Source: Phoronis australis (lineage: Eukaryota; Animalia; Phoronida). Taken from it: a stretch of 61,977 bases of DNA. The notes beneath the pieces were generated by a model. That model was not told the DNA's origin and did no database searches. It worked only from the letters and a program-made list of their open reading frames with translations. The position numbers and the translations under genes were made by a program. The stretch spans positions 1-61,977 of the forward strand of contig NMRA01000510.1 of the NCBI GenBank assembly GCA_002633005.1, in the 5' to 3' direction. Positions 12,339-26,329 of this stretch are shown in pieces; within the stretch, counting starts at the first letter, position 1, and each line of letters opens with the position of its first letter.

Positions 12339-15300
12339 TTTGCAAATCAACAAGGCATCAGCGGTCAACGGGTGCCGCTCTCCGACGCTCCATTACATCA
12401 CTGCATTTTCAAAGTTTTTAGTATGAGTCTAAAAATTCCTTGATCCGACGCCACTGAATTTATTCGAACAAAAAGATTTGAGGCATGCGTTCGTGTGAAA
12501 CACTTGAACATTAAGTAGAATAATAGAAACCCATGGAAGTCGATCAGCATACAAACAGCAGTATGCGTGTATGTGAAGTCGTGTCGTATGCAACGAACTG
12601 ACCAATAGTACTGTACATGTTTTTGTACATGTGCATATTCCGCGGAATTGAGGGCCAGGCCAACTCTGAATAAAAGTTGGCTGGCCAAAATCTAAGCCCG
12701 TGGACGACAAGCCAATCAATGACTGGTAAAAACCATAATCCAACACATACGAAATTAGGGACCAGGCCAAATGAAAAAGGCGTTGTAATGTTGGAAGAGT
12801 TCAAACGCTCACATGAATATATTCAACGAGTGAAATACAACCATTTATGTTTGACAATAGAACTAATATACAAACGTGAGTCGCTAGCTCGTTTCCAGAG
12901 ATAATTAAAAAGAGACAAAGGGTGGTGTAAATAGGTCATTTACTATGCCTAGAATAGTTGTAAAATACAATGTAAGAGAATAGATATGTAGCAGCATGGT
13001 AGCAGTAAAAGAATATTTTCTCTTACAATAAAAAATCTCCAACAGAGATATTGAAAACACTAAGACCGTGACTTGCGCAGGGACGCACATGCAAAAAGCG
13101 AGGAGGGAATTAACTTAAACTTTAACTGGTTTACAGTTCAATTTGCTACCATTCTTGTTACAATATATAACATACTTGGCGATATTCATCATATTTTAAA
13201 TGTCATGTTTCTTTATTTTGAGTACGAAAAATCGTAGAACTCTCGACTTAGAATGCCAACTTCGATCGCGCGCAGCTGAGGTTGTGCGCGCATTTGTGTG
13301 CAGTTATTTACATTCGTTTTATTCCGGTGTTGTTTCTTCCATAGGGCATTGAGTGAAATGTTCGTTTAGTACAACCGAAGTAAGTTTAGAATTGTTATTA
13401 ACGAAAATTTCTTCCCAACGAATTTCTTCTATATATTTTTTAATATTTTGCGGTCTAATGGCCCCAAACATTGTTGAACGGAGGATCATCTGCTTGCGAT
13501 TCGGGCCGGGAATCCGGTCGTGGGCGTTACTGCTACCTAGCTGGTGGGGGTAATGTAATGTTGTCAAGACGTATTACAATAATTTCGAAAATTTACAATT
13601 TCCTTAATATATTGCCACATGATTAAACACCACTGAGATCTAATACGATGTCAAAATCGTATACCTAGGACAAATGAACACAAATATAGATTTCAATACT
13701 AGGCCAATGTGAAAAAGTGTCACCTTTTTTACTGTCACTAAAAATTTTTCGCAACTTCCCGTTTTTCAACCGAATAGCATAAGAGTCATATCATTACAAA
13801 TCCCTTCATTAGTTTTTAATGGTGCACGATTATTCCAGACACAAAAGATAAATAAATTACGTCATAAATAATTAACATTTTTCATACCTGACAGGTTTAA
13901 AAATCATTTTAATTAAAAAAACAAGAATGTTGCCAACACGCAATGGGTAACAAAGAATGTAACAATGAAACCCTTCATGTACTAATTGGCTGATTATATA
14001 CATATTGTTGGATTGGTTTCTTTTACGAGGTAAACTTTTCATTCTTTAAGTTTTATTTCAAGAGTATCGGTAACTACAACAGATAACATCACTGCTCAGA
14101 AATCGAAATTATAGCATTATATCTGGGCAACGGGTATACAGTGCCCAAATGAATAATGGAAACAATAGAAAACAGCAACAATCATTCATATATTCACATT
14201 CACATTTAGAGAAAATTTCGCACACTGGTTAGTAGGGCCTAGACTAGCATCTATAATTGCAGAACAAACAATTAGAAACTAAATGTCACTTCAGTCCGTA
14301 AAATACTGTTACATGATTTCAACACCCAAAACGTCTTGTTGAGAAACGCCCAACAGTGGCTCTAAAACCGCAGCTGAAAAGATGTCAGAGGCCAGATTAT
14401 TCTCGATATACAGCCAGGCCTACGGGTCGACGCGTATAAAGAATGACCAGTGTATGCCTAATTGTCGGGTTGTTGACTTATTTTGCCGAGAAATCGCTGG
14501 ATGTTCAGTTTGGAGTCATTCCTCAGGAGTCTCGCTTGATGATGCCATTATGAACAAAATTGACAAAATAAAAATGAAGCGATAAAATTTGACTTGATTT
14601 GATAGCTACAACACTCAATCAAAACTCAGTCGAGCAGACAACCCGAAATCTCTCACGGCCAATCTTGTGAAATCTCGAAGTCGAAAGCTCTTAACACAAA
14701 AATGCATGGGTCACGTGGGGGAGCTGGAATGCCAGCTATGGAAAAAATCACTTTTTCTTACTGTTTGGTTGTACTGAGCATATTTCTTTTCGTACGGATT
14801 TAGGGTCGCATAAGATAAATCTTTTATATGGAATTTATTGAATTACGAATAACCAAACCATCATTTGGGTTGTTATTTTTAACACAACATAACCAAAGAA
14901 ATAAAAAACGTTCTCTAGAAATATGTTAAAAACGTGCCCTTTTTCAGAATTCACAACTCACGATAAGTAGGAAGCTGTTGACAGTTACAACATGAAGCAG
15001 TTCCAATAGGGATTTAATTATATTCCCTAATTTTTCATAGCATTTGTAAACTTTGATAGCTGACTAAAGGTATAATTATTTGTCCATTTAGTGCTAGTTC
15101 CTCGCTTGTTTCCGACATTTTCTATTAAAAGGACATTGTCGTTTTTACGACCGAAAAAAGAAACTTTGAAATTCTTACTGGACAGATGGGATAGAGGTTT
15201 TGAAGTTGTTATTTTTTTAAATGTTTATTATGGAGTTGTTATCTTTGACCAAAGCTACCATACAACAAACACCGTTGTCGACGATTGGCAAACATTCGCT

Positions 15301-16093
15301 GAAACCAAGGCCTGTGACTATGCCACTTACTTTTCAAATACTTTGCCAGTTATCGAGTGGGATTTTTTACAGACCAGGAGAGCGTTTGACTACTACCTTT
15401 AGTAGTCATTTGTTCAGTTCTCCGCTGGGGCTGGTCCCATATTATATCAATGAGAATAATTCCTGAAATTAGGACCCTTGGATTAAAAGGTCCTTGTTTA
15501 TATAAATAATTCAGTGGAGAGTTTTTTTCTGGCTGTATGACAACACTAAAAAATTGACGATGAAGATAAAATTGTTGAAAAAGTACATTCAATGTTTGCA
15601 CAAAGTCCACAAATGCCCTAAAATTGAGTCCATTGCTTCATGCAACCCGGGTGGCACCGATTCGGAACTTACCCCACCCGACTGACCCCCGACGGACTCG
15701 GGGAAGCAAAACAACCTTGGACGATTTGGTCGTCTGGATTTAAATTATTTTGTTTGTCTCTGCTCACAGTGACGGGCAGTTTGGAGATGGAAAACGTTTC
15801 CAATCATAAGGAGAGACTCGACGCTTCGATGTGATTCAGTTGTACCTAGTTTTACAATTTGTGTTCTAGGTTGGGACCTTAGAGCAAAAAACCGTATCAT
15901 TTTGGGAATTAGCATGTACAGTCTTAGCAAGGATGTGTTTTTGCATTTTCTCATTTCATAATCTTAATGAAACCAGTGGAAGTCATGGGATCGTTAATTA
16001 ACAGTAGCTATTGAAACTAAGGATATTGCCATGGCACGCAGATTTACTCAGGTGCTCCTTAAAACCACAATAAATAATAAAAAAGTGCAATAG

Positions 16094-16989
16094 CATGCCC
16101 GCACCCAGCCTAAGGAATTGAGGGCTTGAATTTTTGAGAATGTGGACCTTTTACTAAGATTCAACTGAAGTGTTATAGTATGCTTAGGGAACGAGGTGAA
16201 AATGGTAATTGTAACTGGGCTCACCGTATCAAAGGCTATGGATAAGTGTGGTTATTTGGCCCAGGAAATAGTGCTGAATTTATTATGGTATTCAAACTGA
16301 GATTACTGGATTGTGGCATACAGGAATGACAACTGGAAATAGGTAGCTCAAATAAATACGAAATTTATCGTCTTATTAAACGTGATCTTGTTAGCGAGCA
16401 ATATGTGAATTGTTCAAGCGCTTATTCGAGAAGAATACTTGCGCAATTTCGATGTTCTCTCACTAATAAAGGTATACATATGTGTATTCCTAGAGGTGAG
16501 AGAATATGCGGCATATAGTGTCTGGGTGAAATTGAAGTTGAGCCTCATTTCATGTGTCGATGCCCTGTTCTTGGAGATCTTAGAAGAAATCTTCTACCAG
16601 AGCTTGTGAATGTTAACTATTCTCTTTTAGGTTGTTCCAACAGGAAAATCATGACAGTATGGCCAGCGCCTTGCATTGTATATTCAGAAGGCTATGACTT
16701 TAAAAGAAGAACTGCTCTCCGTGTAAATACTGTGAATATATACGTTTGAATTTATGTATTTATGTATGAGTAGGCAAAGCCTACGATGTACAATAAATCA
16801 TGAGTGATATAGATATAGACTAAGATTCAACACGGAGTACGTTCAGAGCTATGAATTGTGCATTCGCCGAATTTTGATACTTCCTGCCAAGTTTTTAGTG
16901 GACTTTTGTTTCGTTATCTACTTTTTTGGAGTTTTTGTTTCTCTGAGGCGGACTCTTTTCCCCACTTCACCAAATGGGTTGTGCATATG
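16094..16989 (-). mobile_element. MITE family A, copy 2 (inverted, interrupted by a LINE)
   Basis: Starts CATGCCCGCACCCAGCCTAAGG, the reverse complement of the copy-1 right end, and ends GTGCATATG; TSD AATAG at 16089-16093 and 16990-16994. Confidence 0.85.
16166..16818 (+). mobile_element. 5'-truncated non-LTR retrotransposon (LINE 3' end)
   Basis: 13-bp TSD ACTAAGATTCAAC at 16153-16165 and 16819-16831. Degenerate ORF2 C-terminus RRILAQFRCS...IPRGERICGI*CLGEIEVEPHFMCRCPVLGDLR (CCHC knuckle), then AATAAA and a short GATATA-repeat tail. Confidence 0.88.
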
Positions 16990-17104
16990 AATAGTATTGA
17001 TCAACGATTATTGCCGCATTCAAATGACAATGCGTTCTAAACTGACATTTGTTGTAAGAAGGTCAAACCAATATCTCGTGTTGTAACAGTTTGGGTTTTG
17101 CTGA

Positions 17105-17587
17105 CCAGATGGAGTAAGGTGCGTGCCGTTTTGCAACGCGTTAGTAAATTCAGAAAATGGCACGTAGGCCGTGAATAAGTTACATACATCTGTAAACTGG
17201 AAACCGAGGTCAATTCACTGACAATTAACAACCACATTTTGAAATGAGGCTTGGCATTGCCCTCGTTGTCCAGATATATAGGATGACTACCTGGGAATAT
17301 CCCACTTCGATCACACAGGATAGCGAGTTTTGAATGTTTTCATTTNCCAGATGGAGTAAGGTGCGTGCCGTTTTGCAACGCGTTAGTAAATTCAGAAAAT
17401 GGCACGTAGGCCGTGAATAAGTTACATACATCTGTGAACTGGAAACCGAGGTCAATTCACTGACAATTAACAACCACATTTTGAAATGAGGCTTGGCATT
17501 GCCCTCGTTGTCCAGATATATAGGATGACTACCTGGGAATATCCCACTTCGATCACACAAGATAGCGAGTTTTGAATGTTTTCATTT
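17105..17587. repeat. 241-bp tandem duplication across a single N (probable assembly artefact)
   Basis: 17105-17345 repeated at 17347-17587 with 2 substitutions; N at 17346. Confidence 0.9.
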
Positions 17588-20158
17588 AATTTTGTGCAGA
17601 CTTTCGCACTTGACTCAGCGTCGGCCGGTGCCCTGTGGGGGGGGGGCATCTGCCGGGGTGCCGGTTAACTTATGCCACCGGTGAACGCAGACTTATAATG
17701 TTGCCCCAACGGCAATATCTCGATTTCGATGGCATAAAATTGTCGCACTCGGCATAGGCATATTGTTGTTCGAGAAATAATACGTGTCGAGTTCAACAAT
17801 ATATGTCACAACAGTGTCACAATTTAAAAATCGAGTGGTGAAATCAGGCACGGTTGGTCGCGAACAGCTCTAGGGTGTTTTTTTCATTCCCTTTAAAAGC
17901 ATGGCCATTTTTGACCAGCCGATGCAGCGTTCAGTATAACTCTCAAGGATTTAAATGTCTGAATGAAAGCAGTATACCATATTTAAACATTTCAGTGGTT
18001 TCGCATTTTATCGAATGTATACAGCTGATAAAGAAGGCTCAATTTATCGTTTTGCATTATTTTGGTTGCAGTATTCACTTCCGTCCTGCATGTTAAATGT
18101 GCAGGAGATCTACAGTGTGGTTACTATAGTGCTATCTATGAGGTTACAATACATGTACTTCCACGAGTTCAGTGTTACATATTGTTTCAGTTGGTTAACG
18201 GGATATGAAAGTTGCATTGAAATGAGACAAGCAAAAATTATGGAATATTTCTGAAAACTCAAGAACAACCCACTCTCTTCTAGTCGAATAAAACGAATTC
18301 TCTTTCTCCGATAACAGGTGTGCCTTTTGCAACAGGTATTATCGTCCTGAAATTGAGACGTGGTTTATTTGATTTCCTTTTTCATATTTTTGTTTTTCCA
18401 CGAGATATGTTGGAATGGCATACAAAATTTGAATGCTTTGAACCAGTGCCCCGACCTAAGAAACAAGTGCTATTGTAAAGTCAATGGAAATAGTCTGATA
18501 TCTTCAATTACGTCTTAAACATTGAAATAAGATACAAAACCATAGCTCAAAAGTAAACTTAGTTGAACATAAAAACCGTATCAAAATGCAATGAATTATA
18601 TGTATGAAGTCAGACAACCATTTACACGCCTGTTATTCGTGTCATTGGATGAGTTATATCAGTGGACAAACACCTTCGAAAATGACTCTCGTTAAAATAC
18701 AATTGTCTCTTCGCGAGGGTTTGTTGGGCCAGTGCCGTGCCAATATATTGCATGTCATCGTTACAATGCAACTTACACTAAACATTCATTGCGAAGCAAT
18801 TGTATATCGTAAATGAAAGTGACTGCTGAGTGGGAGCGATTGCTGCGGGGGTATCAAGTTCCGACGGTCACTCAGGTTCGAAAAAGCCCCTTTGAGACTT
18901 GTTACTTAAAAACAATTGAACTCTCTTACTTGTTTACAATATCTTCGGCAGGCTAAAGCAGGAGCTACTGCTGAATGAGGACGCTGCAGGCGGTAATACA
19001 ACTGAGTTTCCAAAGGAGCGCTTCCACTGTTCCCTCGAAAGACTTTAGGCGCTCTTTTTGGGCCCAAAGTCACTTCGATACCTCCCGGCCTCCCCCCTTT
19101 TTTCGTCATGAGGACTGTTTAGAAATCCCTCAGTGCTGAGCTCGTTTTTTGCACTCAGTGTTCACTTGTACACAGTAGAATCCAGGAGATTTCTGTTGGA
19201 GATTTTTACAGAACATTCCGCTCAAACAAAGAAGTTGATATTGTTACGAGTAACCACGTTGTATTGGCGTTGTAAATATGTCAAACCTATTATGACAATA
19301 GCTTTTTGCAAAATCATTTGTAATTAATTTTAGTTGTCTGAAAATGAATATTATATTAGGTTGCTATTTCAACGCCACACAAGTCACTTAGCACATTTTA
19401 ATGTCAATTCTAGGAATGGATCAGACTGGAGATATGAACATTTACATTCACCTTTTGTTTAGTTGAAGTCTTAAACGTGACAAAAACAATAAATAGGGGT
19501 TGAGCAATAACAATAATACCTAAAGCAGTTAACAACGTTTAACAATTTTACCAGATGTAAGATTTTTATAGCCTGGTTCTTTTTGTCTTTTTAAAGTGGC
19601 CCCCGAATACAAGTAGGTAGAGTGCAAGAAATCGATCTACCATGTAGTATGTAACTTTGCTTGTTGTATAATTGCACTTGTTGGTTTCGACATTTTCATT
19701 CACTAAACTCATTCATTTAATAACATAGAGCAGCCGGTGCTGTCGTCACATTACGGCACTCAAGTTTTAGAAAAATCGATCATCTCTGTACTAATCACCA
19801 CCGAACGAATGCAAGCTTCTACCCGTATCCGTTACTTTATATTTTTTTCTACACCACGTCTCTCACCGCTAAAATTGTGCAATGAATTTAGATACACATC
19901 ACCGAAACCCGCAAGTCTATACCAGTTAAAACTGGTGCAAACCACCAAAACCTCCATCAACCAACATTGTGTACACTGTCATGTTTTTCGTGATCAAATT
20001 GTTATGTGCTATATACAATCAAAAACTTCCTTACCAAACTCTACGCGCCCATATTACGTCATCAACCGCAGCAAGGACTAGAGATTCGGTTACGTTAGAC
20101 ATCTGTGCGAAAATAAATATCATTTCATAATACAACATAGTGGTAACAAAACTGATAG

Positions 20159-20992
20159 CTATACAGCAAATTTTACTGTCTTCTCTCTGCTCATGATTGG
20201 AGTCTTATCCTTGGCTTCCTCTGAAACTTCGGGTTTTTTATCATCCTTGAAAGGATCGTCGTCGTCATCAAACTCATCTTGTACAACAACGTCATTTTCG
20301 TTATTCTGGAATTCATCCAAATCTCCCATTCCTTCGTTTAAGAAACCTTCTAGATCGAAATCGTCAACATTGAAGTTCTCTGGATCAAAATCTGGAATTT
20401 CACCGATGTCCATGGGATCTGGAGTTATTTTCATCCTTTCTTTATTCTGCTTGACGCTTACCCAACAACTGATGCATGCGCACGTGCAAATGATTAAGCC
20501 AACTAACAAGGGAACCCCCGTCAATACGCCGACGGGGATAGCCCACATGAGAACAGATGAGTCATCAAATGGTAGCGTGGTGCCCTGTGGTGCCGCAGTT
20601 GTTGTGTCGGGCAGAAGTGCGCTCTTTGCATCTGAAAGTGGAAGTTATCTTCATACAACAGCGGTAAACATGAGGCAATCTAAGACCGCGAAAATCCAAA
20701 TTACACAATGTTTAAAGTTGTCTTTGATGTTCGATTTTTTACATGAAAGTGAGGCTACAAACATATGATTTCATGGTGTTGTTGGGATCTATGTGACTGG
20801 AAAGTGTGAAATGTATGACTTTCTTTCATTATTATGTTGGTTTAAGACACAAAAGCGCTTGCATTAGGTTCTTCCGCTCTTCACATATCAATCATGTTTC
20901 AGTAATCTTACCTTGAAATGTAATCCAAAGCACTGACAGAAGTAAAGTTACGCTGGTTCCTCGAGGTGGAGCCTTAGTCCATGAATTGTTAT
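20159..20992 (-). CDS. Uncharacterised type I single-pass membrane protein, 5'-partial; join of complement(20912-20992, 20159-20631)
   Basis: Both exons have ctttcag acceptors. The 81-nt exon ends CAAG|gtaaga and is phase 1-1. Product has a signal-peptide-like VTLLLSVLWITFQDAKS, a short Thr-rich ectodomain, a TM helix VLMWAIPVGVLTGVPLLVGLII, a Cys cluster CTCACISC and an acidic tail ending KTVKFAV*. Start codon not located. Confidence 0.7.
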
Positions 20993-21547
20993 CTGAAAGT
21001 GACGTAATTCACAATTCAACCTTGTAGATGCTGTCAATGTTGACACACTGTGATGCGTTCATCACGGTATGTCGGAACCGACATGTTGCATTCACGAACT
21101 TAGTCAAATCACAAACAATACGTTACAATTAACAAGCAAATTGTGAAATTACGTATATGAACATGTTCAAACCAATTCGTCTATTTGAGAAGCTGCGCCT
21201 GTATCCGGGTAAGTTTGCGCATGTGCCTACACTGTATATACAAAGCACTTGAGTAAAAAAGTTTAAAACGGCATATGTGTGAAATTTGTCTTACTCTTTA
21301 CAAAACTGTACACGTGGACGAGTATTCAATTCATCACTCGCTATTAAAACTGCAAATTTCCAAAAATGGACCGACAGAAGAAACTCAAAACACCCAGACT
21401 CAGTTCAAGACATTTGCAATCCGCTAAGGAAGACCTTGGCGTATGTCGAGGTGAAAAATATTTGAACAAAAATAATATTAAAAAAAGGTTATTTCGAATA
21501 TAGGCTCATAGTTGTATTGCCATTCACTTCCTCTACACTGCCGATAT

Positions 21548-21790
21548 TTAACAATAAAATAACCGCAGGCTGTCTGATACACGTTGTACCAGACGTGCGC
21601 ACGGCCGCCGCGCATGTGGGCCCATTGCACTGATCACCTGGAACCATTTTTTACATCTTTTATCAAACCGATGTGAGGAGCTAGAAACCTGACTCGGGGT
21701 TTTAGCAGTGTGACCCAGTGGGACTCGAACCCACGACCTCGAGTAAAGAAAGCGGACACCTATCACACTAGTCCACACTGCCTTCTGACT
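21548..21790 (-). mobile_element. tRNA-derived SINE
   Basis: Head GGCAGTGTGGACTAGTGTGATAGG (A box) and GGTTCGAGTCC (B box, 21721-21731). The body is shared with 59480-59815 and is followed by an AT-rich tail. No intact cloverleaf. Confidence 0.8.
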
Positions 21791-22182
21791 GGCGGTATAT
21801 CCTGGATGCCATGTGTTTAATCTTCAAAGACGTTCCATCAGGTATTTTAAGCTTAAAAGCTTTGAGATGACTCACTATCGAATATATGGGGGAACAAAGG
21901 AGGGAATTGCCCCGAGCACCCACCAAGAGAGGGATATGTCATTACAGACTCGAAAGAGTCTTGGCACCCCTTCCTAGAGGGACCCGATGAAGAGAGGATA
22001 TGCCATTTGAAAAGCATGAAAAGATCAGCAGTTGTTGTTATCAGCACCCTTTGAGAGGTGGCCGACTAGCATGAATGACATATCATTTGTACAAAACAAG
22101 TAAATGCCGAGAATTTTTCGAGTAGTGGAGACATAGAAACGTCACCTTTTTTCTATTGTCAAACTGGCACTGACGTTTGAAT

Positions 22183-22415
22183 TGATAGGGAGAAAAGAAT
22201 TTTTCGAAAGTTGATATTTTTGAAATGAAAACTGAACGAATATTTGTTAGGAAATCTTGAAAAATCTGGATTGACAGGGGAAGAGTTTTCCGGCGAAAGT
22301 TATTATTTTTAAATGTATAACTCAGAACAGATACTCATTAGGGAATCTGGAATATCTGGATTCATAGGGGAAAAGAGTGTTTTCGAAAGTTTGTGTTTTT
22401 CAATGAAAATCTCAT
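22183..22415. repeat. Degenerate ~89-bp tandem repeat (~2.6 units)
   Basis: Recurring T(G/C)A(T/C)AGGG..AAGA..TTT..CGAAAGTT...GGAA..ATCTGGAT. Confidence 0.7.
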
Positions 22416-24439
22416 TTAAAAGCTGGGAATATGAAACTTTCTTGCGCTTTCTAAAAATCATGTGTGTTAAAGTGCCTGTCAGACGATAAGTGGTATAAAA
22501 AGATCCATGGTACCCTCAAAGCGTAAAATCGCAACTGAGGTGATCAGTCAGAGGTTCAACATAAACAGCATTTTGCCACGTCATAGCAATTCATAGGCGT
22601 AGGTGGTATCTTTTACTCTTAATTGAATGAAAGAACGTATTTCCTTCTACTCTCTACCTGAAACCTAAATTAAATTGTGCTTATCAAGGTTGGTCCCTAA
22701 CTACCGTATTTCCATCCAGAAGACCTCTTTTGAATGTAGAAAACAAGAGCTATCGTGTCCAGAAATATTAAAGCACACTAACAACTAAACTCGGCGGTCT
22801 TTCTCGTGACTGCGTGTCATGGCGCGAAAACTACTGAAAGTCGTCATGTTTTCTGAATAATCGCCATAAACAAAAATGGAGACGACAGATGACAGCGCAT
22901 GTCTATTTTCAAAAAAAAAGAAAAGTTTCTAATAACAGGAATGTAACATACCTTTTAAGGGCATAATACCCGTTTAATTAAATTCTGGCCCACAGAATAA
23001 CAACAGTGTTATAACATCCTAGTAGATCTACATACGTCCACCGAGCATCGTGCACAAATAACTCAAGTACCCATTGGCTACGTAAAACAACTTTTGTGGA
23101 TTCGGTGAATAATTTATAACTTGTATTGTTGTAGACGATTAGCCAATATTTGTTTAATTCTCAGCAAACAATTGATTTCAAGTAATTTTTTATCGATCGT
23201 TATGTGCGCATGATTTCTAATTGGATGACATCCGGGGAAATTAAACCTTTCGACCCCATTGTAAGATAAAATTCGGTGTTATAGTTCGAGTTTTGTGTAG
23301 TCTGAGAGCTAAAACAGCCTAGCTCAGTCGGGTCGTGTTAACCGACAAAGAGTCCGAGGGTACAAAAAATAGTGAAATAATGGCCTCTGCAGGTTAACAA
23401 ACTATATTCATGGTTTCCTAAAAACATGATTTAATACTACTAAGTTCCAAACTGAAGTCTAATTTGCGTGCCATTTTATATTCCTTGCAGAAATCATGCC
23501 AACTTTAAGTGGGACAAACGCAGAACGAAGTACATTTTTGATTGTTTGACCGGGTGGGAGATTCTCAAAGTAATGGATAGGGATGTGCCTCCGCACAATC
23601 AAAATCCAGATCAACGCAAGAGCCTTCACTAGTGGTCTGAAAAATTGGTACCCGAGGTAGTGCCAAGTGATGCGACCACTACTCAAGACCACAGTTTCGC
23701 TTCCTCGGCCCGGTAGTCACTTGTATCGTTTATATATAAAACGAGTGCCTAAAAAGTTTCGACTGTTTGGCACGGGACCTCGGACACGTGTTCTAAGTTT
23801 CCTAAGGTTAACAATGTCCTGGGTGCCGAAGGAAAGCCACCTTGTGAGCTGATTGCTCTCGCTTACACTCGTTATCACCCATAAGATTTGAGCGCAGACA
23901 TTAAATGTTGCACAGAATCGTCAGATGGTTGAAATAGTTTATATAGGCGCGCAAAAGTTTTGAATTCTAAATACAATTTCTGTACTATAAGGATGTAGAA
24001 GATAGCTACTTGCTTTGGATATAAGCTACTCTTTAGATCTACCCCTTCCCGTGCGCTCTTTAGCGGTAGCAGGGCTCAGTCGCGTCTTTTTCAAGTGAAT
24101 CACCTCGACTGGCATGATCATTGACCTATCTATTTATCCATGAAGACCTATACCAGGCCTCTTTTTTCCCAACTCCTTTTTTCTTTATGGCCATTATTTA
24201 TTGTTGTTACTTACTATAGACTTCTTCGTCTGTAGTTTCAAGGTGGTGTTTGACATTTTACCATTCCATTCTATTTAAGAAGTAACAACATTATGGTGAT
24301 AAAAATACAGAACTTATGAATATGTATATGTTGAACTATTGTGTAATAGTTATTCGACACTGGACTGCTCGTAAACAGGACGTAGGTAGCTTTCAAATTA
24401 CACAATCTTCACGGCAACTTATCTCCACTGATGTTCTAC

Positions 24440-24790
24440 AGAGGTCTGGCTAATCTGGTTCATAGTTTCTGTTAATGATCCGTCTATCAACCAATCTTGA
24501 GATCGCTATGTATGCTGATGACGCATGTGTCATTTTTTAATGCTTTCTCCTCAGAACTGACTCGTGAACTCTAAATAGATAGGATTGTTTCACAAACAAA
24601 CTCGATAAAATAAATTGAATGCTTTCCGCTTGCCTAAAATGTATCCAAATACCTCAATTGGAGCTCGGTACTCTAAGCAGAATAAATTATTGTCAAAAAC
24701 GTATAGACTAGTAAGGCTCCTAGAAATAAAATTAAACTCACTCAGCTGGACATACCATACCTAATGTTGTATTCTAAAATTGATTTATTA
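24440..24790 (+). pseudogene. Decayed LINE reverse-transcriptase fragment
   Basis: LEIAMYADDACVIF with the YADD catalytic motif at 24511-24522, and a downstream LSWTYH-like block; many stops and frameshifts. Confidence 0.65.
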
Positions 24791-26329
24791 ATTAGACCTT
24801 AACTTCTTTATAGCATTTGCGTGTGCCTTTTGAACATCTGTCACAGCATAAAAATGAAAACGTGCCCTCTCGCAAATAGGCCACACAAAACAAAAATTTA
24901 AATCTACAGTACTTGGAAGAAATACGACATATTTGCTAAATTACCAACGGGACCGGCCCTCTTTACTTTATGTTTGAGACGTTTTTGAAATAATTATTCA
25001 GAAAACATAAAACTCTCATTTTAACGAGGATTTAGCGGCAAATACACCTGTATACCACACTTGAAACCGTTGATAACTCGATAACCTAGCTCACACTATA
25101 ATTGTCTAAGATAATTTGACAAAACTGTAATAATTCTGCACCAAACTCATTTACCTCACCATAATCTTGTGAGGTCCTACAGCATAGGCTATCTTCGACA
25201 TAACCCATACAACACAATCAAAAATAGCACTGGATTCATCCATATACTTAATACTATCATCTTCAATCAGTTGTTAAAAGGTGACACTGAAGCCCTCTTC
25301 ATTTCCGCAGAAAAACTGTGCAACTCCCGCTCAAATATTTTCATTAGTTCCAACTTTTTACTTGAACTTACATGTACGGTGCATGTGAGCTTGTTGGTAT
25401 ACAATTTACCTTTTTATTGCTATTATAACGTGCGCGGTATCTACGACCAAGGCGCTCCGATTTTACAAGCCCGGTGCAGACATAAGGTGATACTGAAAAA
25501 AAAATTAGTGAATAATACATAGGTTTATTGTAAGAATATATATTCACACTTACAAGCAATCCATGGGTAGTATATCGCAGCATTGTGATTTTAGACACTT
25601 GTAATACACGAGCAGGCCCGTCACTATTTATACGTTATATGTGCATGATGGGGGCAAATTGGTTATTGATCCGAAATGTGAAATGCAATCAAGCTGGCGG
25701 GTGGAGCCCGAGATTTGCTGGGGACGAAACTATATTGGCAACCAAGTTCGGGAGGAGCCTGAAAGCTGCACGAATAGTTGGAATTAGGTATGAGTGAGAG
25801 TGCAGGTGTTAACTTTTTGAGCTTTGCGACTGGACTCTCCGTGTCTGACAGAGACGAAGCTTTAGTACGTAATTTCAACCAATCACTGAGGCACGATCTG
25901 AAGGACAAGGTCAATAATTCCTAGGATCTGGCCACAGCGTGGCCAAATATTGTCATGTTCAAAGTACCCAAAAATCATAGGAAAATTCCATACGTAATGC
26001 ACAGCTTGACCGCTATATTTTGATTTTATCGTTAGTGCCCACGGCACTCCGTCCAGGGCTCCTCAGTGTTACGCAGTAGCCGCCTAGACCAAAAATACTT
26101 TCTGGGTTATTTAGTTAAAACTCCAATTATTGCACATTATGTTTTAATAAACATTACAGAAAGCTCAAAACAGTTGTGTTGGTAGGGGCACCAGGGCACG
26201 GTGCCCAAGGCCCCGTGATATTTTCAAGACGACCCAGGTGGTGATGATGTGATAGGCGTTATCCAGAGGTCCCTTCGTAAACAAACGCTGTTTTCGCCGT
26301 AAGTGGCGCTAGCTGTAGAGGTACGACAG

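Noticed and set aside
11224-12443. Three long ORFs (325-377 aa) in the ORF track
   Set aside because: They are open only because they run through the N gap.
15000-15610. Possible LINE endonuclease relic or coding region
   Set aside because: Only faint motif resemblance; no catalytic motif could be read confidently.
20193-20768. 191-aa Ser-rich plus-strand ORF
   Set aside because: Antisense shadow of the acidic membrane-protein exon.
21295-21349. Candidate upstream coding exon of the membrane-protein gene
   Set aside because: Good splice signals, but an in-frame TGA and no usable ATG; at most a UTR exon.
21700-21790. Possible tRNA gene
   Set aside because: A and B boxes are present but there is no convincing cloverleaf, and the downstream body is shared with another repeat copy, so it is a SINE.
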